Positions 1 through 12,580 of a stretch of DNA of 64,000 bases are shown piece after piece. Within the stretch, counting starts at the first letter, position 1. Each line of letters starts with the position of its first letter. The DNA comes from Bugula neritina (lineage: Eukaryota > Animalia > Bryozoa), in NCBI GenBank assembly GCA_964035545.1, contig OZ037773.1, forward strand, positions 8,151,751 to 8,215,750, given 5' to 3'. The notes beneath the pieces are model-generated. The model made no database searches and was not told the origin of the DNA. It worked only from the letters and a program-made list of their open reading frames with translations. A program made the position numbers and the translations under genes.

Positions 1-31
1 TTCGCAAGAAAATCACTAGAAATAAACTCAG

Positions 32-410
32 AGAAGTGAAAAACACATCTATGATTATCTGCAAAAGTTTTTACTTGTATATATAATAAACTAGCTTCAA
101 TAATTTCAAGATAATATTTAATGGATTTGGACAAAGTTGTGGGGAAACAACTCCTGTAACATTTAAAAGAGTTTTTGTGACTAACCAGGTGAACAGAAAA
201 ATTTAGAGTTTTTATAAAAGAAAAGTGAAAAAAGTATCTATAATTATTAGCAAATTTATTTTGCTTATATAAAATAAATTAGCTTGAATAATTCCAAAAT
301 ATTTAGCCGATTCACAAAAACGTTAAGAGAAAACAACTCCTGATCAATTTTAAAAGTTTGAAGCGCTTTTGTGGCTAACTGGGTGCACAGAACTGTCTAG
401 AGTTTTCACA
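32..410. repeat. Degenerate tandem dimer of a ~190-bp unit
   Basis: AAGTGAAAAA..ATCTAT(G/A)ATTAT..TAGCTT(C/G)AATAATT..AAACAACTCCTG..TTTTGTG(A/G)CTAAC..TAGAGTTTT occurs twice. Confidence 0.7.
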
Positions 411-1654
411 GATTAATTAGGACCCTTCAAACTTTCCATTTCTAAAAAAATTGCGTGGCCACCCCTCGAAGTGTAATGAGTGAAAGATAATTGGAGGTTA
501 CTTCTAGACTATCAGTAAAGAAATAGGCAGTTTAAATTTCAGTCAACATTACAATATGAAACGAAATATCTGCATAGTTTTACTCTCTTACATATTTTCA
601 TTTTATATACCCTGTTTATTGCAGGATTGATATTTGAATAAGTAATATACAATAGAATTTCTTAACAATTGGTGAACTTTCAGACTTGTAAAAAATAAAA
701 ATTCGTTGTGCATGTAATACTTTATTAATTTTAGCTCAAGCTAAGTCAGCTTATCTAAAGTAAACAATCTGTGGAAATACTTTTGGTCTTTACATAACAG
801 TTTAATAATTACCAGCTTTACTTAAGGAACAGTTCAATAGCTAATGATTATTACTAAATAAACGAATACATATAACCACTAACCTCAGGCTACAGGCTAT
901 TTGGGTTCTTAGTAACAGTTGTAGTTGTGCACCAATTGAATTAAAGTTGCATGTAGTGTAAATATTTAATTAGACACAATTATCTAATGCTATGGAATAG
1001 CTTTAGCTAAAACAATGTTTTACAAAGAATAATACTGCCACTAAATCTAATTTTTAATGCATAAAGAATATTTTTATTTTAATGCCTATTTAGCTGTTGC
1101 AATAATAACTATATCTGAGGTCTTGCCAGTTTATAGTCTGTGCTTTGCATTGGTTCCTGCTAATGGGTTAATCTTAGCAGGACCACTGGCTTGAAGTATG
1201 TGTAGAGTATATAATAAAAAAGTAAATTTTGTGTGCTAATGGCAAAAAAAACAACAATACATCTCATTTTAACAATTACACTGCAGCCTAATGTCTATGA
1301 ACTACAATAAAAAGCAGTAAGCAATTATGATCATGATTAAATAATTCGTTAAACATTTAAAACCACTTAAATCACTGTGATGTGTGAGTTATACCCTATT
1401 GTTTTTAAACAGAGACAAAAAATACTAAGGAAAACTGATAAACCTGGAAGTGTTTGGCTAATTAGTAGATAACCACAGAAAGCATTAGCACAGCACGTGT
1501 TACGTGTGACGGAGGAGTTTAATTAATGAATCAGGTTTAAATCTTAATGCAGCTAATGAGTTTAAAAACCTGGCATTGTAAGACACGGGAAGGCTTTAAT
1601 TCTTCATTGTGTGTGTATTTGTGTGAATAATCACACACTTATTCAGAGATGGGC

Positions 1655-1909
<255 letters not shown>

Positions 1910-2739
1910 CAGACAGACAGACAGATGTAGAGATTAGTTGAATAGCAGTGCGTTATGTGTGAAAAGTTACCAGGTGACACTCAGTGAGAGTAATTAAATG
2001 TCACCATCACCACTCCTATTCGCATCTGCATCAACTTATTCTGAGTGCTCTGGAAAACAAGAAATTAAAATGTAAATCAAAAAGTCCTAACTCAAAGCAG
2101 CTACTATTCCTTAATCCTTATGCCTGATGATTTCCCAACAGGTACATATTTCTGGGTCTAACATTTTTCCTTTTAGTTAGCCACAAAAACTCATAAGTTG
2201 ACAATATAATCCGTTTACTTTCATAATCCTATGTGACAGCCAAGATTTTGGCTGGCTAAATAGTCACACAGATTTACTGTAAAGCATTAACTCTTTACTT
2301 CAGTGTAATTTCTCAGTCTCTGGACTGCATAATTTTATTAAAATTAATATCTAGGATAAGATCTTTATGTGAAATCTGCTTACAGAAGCCATAAAACTGG
2401 TATTAGATTATAATATGCATACTTACTCATATAGATAAACTATGTCTAAACTGCTTCAGCTTTGACAATAGAAAGGGAGTTCTATAATTAAACTATTATT
2501 ACATTTACATTGAATATAGAACACCAAGCTTCCAAAGTAAGACATACTAACTCCAGCCTACAATCTTGTATTGAAATTTATAATATAATGTACAAGGAAT
2601 AGAATTTATCATAATTAGATATTATATCATATATTATAATATAATCTTCTGATCTACATACTATATAAACCCAAGTCTACACTCATGGAAAGCATAAGCA
2701 TTGCCCTAAGACTGAAAAAGCTATGCAAGAATTGCTGAA

Positions 2740-2806
2740 TTCAGGTATGCTTGTGTTATGATGAGGCTTTATTCAGGTATGCTTGTGCTATGATGGGGCT
2801 TTATTC
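2740..2806. repeat. ~32-bp direct duplication
   Basis: TTCAGGTATGCTTGTG(T/C)TATGATG(A/G)GGCTTTATT twice. Confidence 0.85.
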
Positions 2807-3484
2807 GTTTTTCTAATTGTATATTATTTTATTTGCGGACATGAAAATGTAATGGGTAGCAGTATCATAAATCTAAATAATCTTTCAAAAGACAAAAAAA
2901 CAATTTCTTTTACACTTTAGTAACTGGCTAAAAAGACTGCTTTAAGTTTATATTAACTTAGCATGAATAAAAAATCACCAGTAATATGCAGCAAGTAGAA
3001 TATAATATGTATTATATAATACAATATTATATTATATAATATTGTAGTATATTAAACGGCATATCATAATATAAAAGTATATAATATAATAATATAGAAT
3101 TTAACATAATATAATACAACAGTAAAATAATTCTCATAAAATAGAACTGCTCATTTAATGCTATAATCATTTATATAATTTATATTATATTATACTTAAT
3201 ATAATATATGATACAGCATATAATATAATACATGATACAGCATAAGGTATAATATAATATTACTAGAAATAATTCTCATGAAGTTTCAAATTTTAATGCA
3301 TACAGAATTGTCACGGAAACCAATTGATCAGGTTTGGAGCAGCTTCGCAGTTGAATTTAAAAACAAGAAGTGGGTAGATAACTTTATATTCCTCATGGAG
3401 CCTTCGACCATTTATACAACTAAGGTAAATATTTACTTTTAAAGTTTAAATAAAAAATAAGATTGATTTGAAAACTGAAGGAAA

Positions 3485-6400
3485 TTACACAGGTGCATTT
3501 AGCTTTCTTTGAGGCTGTGAATCCGGCTTTTTGTTCACCATTATTAGGAAAGCTTCTATGAAGTTGTCTACCCATACTTGCATAGATGCTGAATACAAGT
3601 TCACCTAAAAAGTAGATAACACAACTCCCCATGTACCAGTTCACATGACTCATCACATTATATGCAGTCATATAGTCTTAGTAAATACATGGATACATAC
3701 AGCATCACTCATATATGGGTATGTACTTTACAAGAATCAAACCTGCAAAGCAACCAGTGATCTACTTTTACAAAGCAGTTGCAGCAGTCAATTGTAAACC
3801 AAAGTAAAAAAAAGTCTAATAAACAATCTTTAAAGACATGAAAATGCTCCCTAAATAAATAGGATAAAAAAGTTTTAAGCTATCAGATTTGCCTTTTCAC
3901 AAAAAATTATTCTTTAAGTATCCTACTTTTGCATTCAATCATTCCACTGCACAGCAAGTATAAAATGTACATCTTGTCTATAAAAGCATTTAAAAACATT
4001 AAATTGTTATTTGTGATGTAGTAATCAGCAGTATATTATACTAATATAGTTAGTATGAAATTATACTAATAGTTATAATTAAAATTATTTCATCACAAAT
4101 TGGCCACAATTAACCCCGAAGAGTTATGCTCTCCTCACTGAGCTGTTAAAGCTATCTTCATAGCGTATAGCAGTGAAACAGCTGAGAAAAATTTTACAAA
4201 ATTATTGAAATGCAAATGTGAAAACATGGGAGTTGTGTCATCACATGTCAACCATTCATGGCTCGGTGCCTCGACTAGCTACAGTGCTATTGCGCCATAG
4301 GCCCTGTCATTTTGTTTATATTTTCTCAATTAATTTTTTCCCAACTACGACAAAATAAAAAACAAACAAACAAACAAACATACTTGGCCAGCGTCTGTAG
4401 AGTGTCTGCACTGTTTCGACTCCAGGCAAGAAGGTCTATGCTGTGAGTCGACGATGTCAAAGTTGTACAGCAGCGAGAGGTCAGCGTGTAGCATCATTGG
4501 TCCGTTCTCACTCGTAGAGTTCCACTGAGTGGTCCTGTAAGGAGACAAACAGCGTGCTGATACTATAAATAGAATGTAAACTCGCAGTGTGGAAACAGTG
4601 AGCAGAAATGGTTGATAATGGAGCAGTTGAAATAGTGTGGGTGTGTCGAGGTGGGAAGATTCTGTGTGTAACTCTGTGATGGGAACTACTTAGAGACAGA
4701 AATAGAGCAATTAGTTGATATCTACAGCTCTATACATTAGAATATAGATATACTATACTACACTACATTATATGTAATATAATATACTATAATACATTAT
4801 AATATAATACAGTATCGTATAGTGCAGTATATAGTAGTTGGTACAGTGTATAGTATAGTGTAGTGTAGTACAGTATAGCATATTGCATTATAGTACAAAT
4901 AATATACTATAATATACTATGCTATGCTGTACTACACTATACTATACTACACTATACTATACTGTATTACACTATACTATACTGCACTGCACTGCACTGC
5001 ACTGCACTGCACTGCACTGCACTGCACTGCACTGCACTACACTACACTACACTACACTACACTATACAACATATCTGTATTCTCACCCGTTGGTGGGCAC
5101 AGCTATCCAGTTGGGTGTATCAGCCAAACTCTTGTAGTAGTGGTTGTCCAGTGTTAGGGGCGTGTTATCCCATCTCCCTCTGAAACCAGAGTTTTCCTTC
5201 CTACATGCTCCCAGTGAATGTGCCCCTGCAATAGCAATATCCATATGCTATGCTACTCAACACACTCTAGGAAAAGGCAACTTTTAAAAGCTTCCAACTG
5301 GTGACAAATGATAGCAGATTAGATTTCTAGCTACTATTTATACAAGTGTTGGTTGTCTTCTCCTATTATCTGAGATAGTATAGCAAGAAAGTTAGTAATT
5401 TTAGCAAAGAAATATTCCTATATTATATAATTATGATTCAACAATAAAATAATAAGCAATGAGAGGCAACTCTAGCTTATATAGTAGATTATGAAAATTA
5501 CTATAAACAGTCAAAATTGATGGTAAACACAGTGAACAGTTTTAATATGTGTTTGATTGCAGCTGTCTGGATAAAACCAAATATTATTAAAGTTTAGACC
5601 CATAAAAAACAAAATCTGGTTGTAATATTACAATGATTATCTAAAGCCAGTATTGATATATGGAATTTGTCTTCCTTCTTCATATTCTTTTTATTTAGTC
5701 TACTTTCACTAGGGAACATGACAGGATCCACTAACCTAAGAGAGCAATAGCCAACTTTCTCTCCGGTAATCCAAATTCCCTTATCAGAAAGTCTATGCTG
5801 TCTTTGTCATCACCCTACAACCAATCAGAATAGTCGACACAAATTGATATCTTTGTGTAAATTTCATTGTATATTATTAATATCTAAAATTTAAATAATC
5901 GCTATATCTTATAATAGACAAGATATACCACAATGCTCCTCATTGCTACACCTCATAGTAAATTTGCTCACCTTTGGGAACTTATGTGGATTATGATAGT
6001 TGTCAGGATTTGGACAAGTGCTTCTTCCAGGTTGGAAGGCTATAGAGACCACCCCCATGAGATCCTCTACAAATAATATTAGCCAATACACTATACACTA
6101 TATATTACATGCTATACACTATATACTACATGCTATACACTATATATTACATGCTATACACTATATGTCACATGCTACACAGTATACATTATATATTACA
6201 TGCTATACACTATATACTACATGCTATACACTATATATTACATGCTATACACTATATGTCACATGCTATACACTATATATTACAGGCTACACACAATATA
6301 TTACATGCTATACATTATATATTACATGCTATACACTATGTGTCACATGCTATACAGTATACACTATATATTACATGCTATACACTATATACTACATGCT

Positions 6401-8392
6401 ATACACTATATATTACATGCTATACACTACATATTACATGCTATACACTACATATTACATGCTATACACTATATATTATACGCTATACACTATATATTGC
6501 ATGCTATACATTATATACCACATGCTATACATGATATATCACATGCTACACACTATATATAACTGCATACAATACATGATATATTACAGGCTACACACTA
6601 TATATTACATGCTATACATTATATACCACATGCTATACACTACATATTACATGCTAAACACTATATATTACATGCTATACACTATATATTACATGCTATA
6701 CACTATATGTCACATGCTATACACTACATATTACATGCTATACACTACATATTACATGCTATGCACTATATATTATAGGCTATACACTATATATTACATA
6801 CTATATGCATCAGACACCCTCTAATAAAAAACCTACCAGATTTGTTGATAGCAATCTCCACAGCCACTGTCCCCATCAGCACAAAGAAGTCTGCTAGACT
6901 CAGCTCCTGTCCGACATCTGACTGGGCCCAGAGAGCTCGGATAGTGTTGTAAGATGGTTTCAAGGCTACAGAGTAACAAGTCAAGATGTACTCAGACTAC
7001 ATACATAGCTAGACTATAGAGTAACACTGTGAGTTACAGTGACAGAGTATAACTGTGAGTAATAGTAACAGAGTATAACTGTTTGTTACAGTAACAGAGT
7101 ATAACTGTTTGTTGCAGTAGCAGTCACAGTAATAGAGTAAGAGTGTGTTTAATAGTTTAGACTTTAGCATGACATTACAACATAACAACAGAGTAACTAT
7201 GCCCTACAGCTTACATAAAAAAACCATTATAATTCAAATTAAAAATTATGAAATTATGGTATAAAAAATTAATAAAAAAACTAAGCTGGTGTTTAGAGAT
7301 TAAGTCAGCACTAATGTTCATGTATCTGGAAGACTTGAAACCTGTAGCCTGTGGTACCTTTATTATCTATCTCTCGAAAGTTGAGGCACCCATCACATCC
7401 ACCCACACATGTGTGAAATACCAGTTGCAAAAGGTCCGGCAGCCACTCTCTCTAGAAAATATTTTCCGAAAAATTAAAATTTAGTTTTTTTGTATGACTC
7501 ATAACTTTATAAAACATTGATTATAATAACATACAATATGATATAATGATATTATATGATATAAATTAGTGAGATGCATCTACAAAATCATGTTTTATGA
7601 AGTCAATTCGGGAACAAATATATTATTTCATAAGATTTTTTTGAGCAAATTTATTATTCACCCATACTTCAACAACTTTGTAAAGACTTGGCTAATTGTG
7701 AAAATAATAGATAAAAGTTGCATAGAGATAAAATTACAGAGTCAGTTTTTATATTATATTGCCTATTATAGCATTATCATATTTAACCTATATAAAGGCA
7801 ATAGCAGAACCCAAGATCTACAATATGATAGAATATGTTGAAATCATCTGTAGAAGGGTGTTGTGAAATATTTAGATGTGTTGAATATTACTGTGAAGGC
7901 AGTATTAAGATTTGGAATTATAACTTAATCCTTGTCCACTAATCCCAGTACTCATGCATACCAAATACAAGGGTGGCGTGTCACAACATCAGAGTTAGTT
8001 GCTAGCATACACAGGTATGACACACTGTAACCATGAGTCATAATGTGACCACACACGGTTGACCACACACAAAATGACCACACACAGTATGTACACGTAT
8101 TACATACACAGTACACACAAAGTGACAACACACAGTATGTACACGTATTACATACACAGTACACACAAAGTGACAACACACAGTATGTACACTTAGTACA
8201 TAAACAGTAAACACACAGTATACACCACACACAAAGTGACCACACACAGTATGTATTTGTAGTACACACGGCACACACACAGCACACACACAGCACACAC
8301 ACAGCACACACACACACACACAGCACACACAGCACACACAGTACACACACAGCACACACAGTACACACACAGCACACACACAGCACACACAC

Positions 8393-8445
<53 letters not shown>

Positions 8446-8546
8446 CACACACAGCACACACAGCACACACAGTACACACACAGCACACACACAGCACACA
8501 CACAGTACACACACACACACACACACAGCACACACACAGTACACAC

Positions 8547-8601
<55 letters not shown>

Positions 8602-8618
8602 CACACACACACACACAC

Positions 8619-8655
<37 letters not shown>

Positions 8656-8697
8656 CACACACACACACACACACAGCACACACACACACACACACAC

Positions 8698-8762
<65 letters not shown>

Positions 8763-10461
8763 ACACACTCACACAGTCATTACACACTACAACCATGACT
8801 CATGCTGTGATCACTTACGTAATCAAACATAGTGACCACACACATAGCGATCACACACCGTGACAATGTCTGATACAGTGACCACACACAGCGATGATGA
8901 CTCACATCCTGAATGATGAAGTCATGAGCAAACTTCTTCAGCTCAGCTATCTTTTCAGGAGTGAGGGAGGGGCCCTGACCAACCCCCTCATCTCTACCAG
9001 TATTTCCTGGACGCTGATCCTTGAAACCTGAAGGAAATTGCTGTGAAGTCTGCTGTCTGCCTCTTCCAAAGAAGTTATCGAAGTTAGGCTGCCTTCCTGA
9101 TGGGCTGCCACCTTGAACCTGCGGTCTGAAGCTGCTTGGAGCTCCGTTAGCCGTCTTATCAAACATCCTGCTAAATGCGTCAAAGTTAGAGTCTAGGAAG
9201 TTACTGTTGCTCTCTGGGACAGCGGCAGTCTGTCTCTCCAGACCACTGTCAGCTTCTCTGAATGTGTTCTGAACATCCTTCTCAACGTTGAAAAAATTGC
9301 TGGGAAACTGAAAACTGAGAATAAATGCTGCCATTACTCACATAGCATATAGTAGCAAAACACTATAAACTTGTGTAAGTTTTTATAATAACTAACACAA
9401 AATGTACGGATGTTTTGAAGGTCATGCACTTTGTGGACATTTTAGATGTATAAGTTTAGGAGAAAACAGCTGTGATCTATTGAGTAGCTATTGCTGGTAG
9501 TTGCACAACTAAAAAGTCATCATTTGGTGCATATAGGAAAGCATTAAGCCTAGTGACAATATTATAAAAGCAGAACCTAAATTCAGTAGACAGTATTGAG
9601 AAAGTAGTTCTTGTCTCAATGAGGGTGTAAACTCTGCTTTTCACCAAAGTTTAAATACCATTATGGTTGTACGAACAACCAGAGAGGCTAGGTGGAGTGA
9701 GAGTAAGGCAGTATGTAAAATAAGTAGGTCGTATAGAGAAACAGCTCCAGTAATAAGAGGGAGTTGTCTGACCATTAGATTTGAGTTTAAATGTTAGGCT
9801 TTTATAGGCAATCAAAGCTAAAGGCTTAGTATATTTGTCCAAACATTCTATGTAACTACATGGACATGTCATATTATGTTATATTATAATTTACATGTAG
9901 CTACATGTACATATTGCATTATATTTTATATATAGCTACATAGTATATTATATTATATTATTCAAGGCATAGTAATACTGTTACAACTGTAGTCTAATAT
10001 ATTAACTCATAGTATAACAAGACACTCACTTTTGTGCTCCGATAGCAGAAACTAACACATGCAGCACTACAGCAAATCCTTGTATCTTTGAGATCTAAAA
10101 CAGTAATATCTGAATAAAAAAACTATATCAGGTTATAAAAACATCAATTTTAAGTCTAACATTACATTATTTATTCAAGTAATTGCATGTCATAAATAGC
10201 ATTATGATGCTTAAAATGAAATAGTTTCCTCTACGTTTATGCAGAAGCAGGCAGTCTCCTTTAACTGTATGCATGTAGACTGCTTAGTTTGGCAGTGTGC
10301 AAAGGACACTTCTCCAACTTCAAGATGCTGTATTTCAGTCCTTGTTTTTAAAATGCTAACTCCACAGTTTTAATGCCACCTTAACAAAACTCTTTCCTAA
10401 AGAAGCTATCAACAATCTGCAAGGTTTTTCCGTACAATTTGTAATATAGCCTTACCTCCAT
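3485..10461 (-). CDS. Secreted heme peroxidase, peroxidase-catalase superfamily (ascorbate peroxidase-like), ~428 aa; exons 10456-10461, 10030-10094, 8906-9314, 7358-7451, 6837-6965, 5972-6066, 5736-5814, 5087-5225, 4384-4534, 3485-3604
   Basis: Phase-consistent GT-AG exons. Signal peptide MEISKIQGFAVVLHVLVSAIGAQ; distal helix LLQLVFHTCVGGCDGC..DNKAL; LSLADFFVLMG; FQPGR; proximal ALLGAHSLG..NSGFRGRW..LDNHYYK; MMLHADLSL; C-terminal helix VNLYSASMQVWVDNFIEAFLIM. Confidence 0.92.
4920..5066. repeat. Pentamer microsatellite (ACTAT/ACTGC/ACTAC)n
   Basis: Direct inspection; in a peroxidase intron. Confidence 0.95.
6085..6805. repeat. 21-bp minisatellite (CATGCTATACACTATATATTA)
   Basis: >30 units filling almost the whole of peroxidase intron 5; source of the spurious HAIHYIL ORFs. 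Confidence 0.95.
8045..8880. repeat. ~43-bp tandem units plus an interrupted (CA)n array
   Basis: CACACAGTATGTACACGTATTACATACACAGTACACACAAAGTGACAA-type units followed by a CA/CAG array. Confidence 0.9.
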
Positions 10462-10592
10462 GATTGAGTGTCTAACCCTAGCAGCTGGTAGTAGGTCTGC
10501 CAATATGCTCTAGAATACAGTAGAATGATTTAGAATATATGCGTAGTTAATTATTTTTGTTAGCTTCTGAAGATAATCACAAAACACTCTGG

Positions 10593-10599
10593 CTTTATA
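10593..10599 (-). promoter_or_regulatory. Candidate TATA box (TATAAAG) of the peroxidase gene
   Basis: TATAAAG on the minus strand ~130 bp upstream of the ATG at 10461; motif match only, in AT-rich DNA. Confidence 0.35.
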
Positions 10600-12580
10600 T
10601 GTGTATTTTACACTGCTATGTCGCTATGTATGTAACTATATATCTACAATCAGCCTAACTTATGTGTCTGGCTTAATGGAAGTACCAGAATGTGGGTCTT
10701 TAATGGAACATCAGCATATATACTGCTTTCTGACAGGATTTACCTGACTAATCCAATTTATTATGGGATTAGAGAAGAGAGAGGAGAATAGAGACATTCT
10801 CTTAGAACTTATACAGAGAGAAATTAAAGAGCTATCGAAAGTATAAGTCTTTTCTTCATGGTGTATAAGTCAAGCAATCAGTACATCAACACCTAATATA
10901 TATTTTACCTGGTCAGCATACAATACATATGTGATTTAAATCATATAGAGTTTACTTTATGTTCCAGCTTGTGAGTAGAGAGAAGTTTTCACTTGCAAAG
11001 AGGGAAGTTTATTTCTTGGCATCTGGATTTTTTGAAAAAGTGCCTGCTCCTTCCTAAAAACTCAAATTGCACCACAATTATAAACAAAAATTGAAATTCA
11101 AGCTAAGGCAACATGTAATGTTTTTTGTACTTGATCGAAAGTTTAAGAGTGGGAAAGAGGATTATCTTGTGCACATGGTAATCTGAACAGATATCTATAA
11201 AAGTAGCCTGTGTACTTTCACAAATCCACGTTGCTAGTGATAGTCAGTGCTGGCTTGTATTAGTGTGGACTGATATTTGAGCCAAGTTCAAGGTAAGGCT
11301 AGCGGCTTAGTAGTAATATGGAGAAGTTTATTCTTGTGTATTAGTAAGGTTTGGTGTAAAACTGTTTTACTTGACAATGATAACTATAGAGAAGATTAAT
11401 AGAGTAGAAGTTATGACCATAGATTATCAGTAACATCATGTAATCTCCAGTAATATTTGGGATGTGCGTGCATTACAGAGCGTTAGTGAGGTGACAGTTG
11501 TACAATGACACACTAAAAAATGCCAATTTTACAAATCTGGGCCGGCTTAATGAAAGGTCAAGGCCAAAAGACTAGCCTGTTGGACCACGAGCTAGATTTC
11601 TTATTGCCACGTTTTCTTAGCCTAAGTGTATCAGTGCGCTAACTGTCGGAGGAGTTTGGTAATTAAAGGCAACCCACAAATAGGTTTAATTTTACTCTAA
11701 AGTATAAACAGAGCAAGTGGTAAGTTTGAATACAAATGCTTCTCATGTAAAATTATCTGCTGGCAACTATAAACTTTACCAATCATTTTGATCATCAGTA
11801 TTCAATAACACAGTGAGTGAACTTGAGTAACCGTAATTATATTTTTATGCTTAGACAAAAACAAAAATATAACATTCAAGCAGGCAATAGTGAAAATATA
11901 GCTCACATTTCACCTGGTATACAAATAGAAGCTAGGACTAGGTATTAGTCAACAGGAGTAATATTTGAGATGGAACACTCTACACGTAGGTAGAGAGCTA
12001 CAGAATACCTTAGCACAATACCATAACAAACAGCAAAGAAATCTAAGCACATTTGATTTATTACGTTCTTTAGTGAAACATGTTTGCAACTCTGTACTCC
12101 AAATAATGTTCAAGTAACTTTAATCTGTAGGGATTAGTATAATTGAATCATCATATGATAGCTTATCTCTGTATTGTTTTAACAAAACTTTTCATACAAT
12201 TTATTTGTCTGTTGATTCGAGTATTTAGCAATGTTCAACTCTAAATTATAGAAAAAAAACATATAACTGATGAAAACTAGAGCAGTTACAAGCAATTCTC
12301 TCCAAGTGTCAGCAAGACAGTGACAGTCAGTTGCTGGCAGGTGCTTGAATTTGTCAGACAACCTATACTGGTTGATGGTCAGGTGCTTGCCACGTATTTA
12401 AATATTCACTGTTTGATACAAGAATTGCTATTAAATAAATACTTTATGATCACCAAGCGTCTAACAGGCAACCACTTAGTGGTGTAATGTTATATGTAAA
12501 AAGCTATCTGCAGGTGTCATAAGATATTTGACATGTGTGAGCAAGTGCCCAACAGGTTGTGGCTATGGATATGACAGAGA

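Noticed and set aside
6000-6824. Tyr/His-rich 274-aa ORF and overlapping ORFs
   Set aside because: 21-bp minisatellite inside a peroxidase intron, on the opposite strand.
7952-8796. Cys/Val-rich ORFs resembling metallothionein or keratin-associated proteins
   Set aside because: Translations of a CA/TG array.
3485-10461. Peroxidase as a pseudogene or algal/bacterial contaminant
   Set aside because: Intact frame over 10 exons, canonical splice sites, host-like repeat-rich introns, and contiguity with SYVN1.
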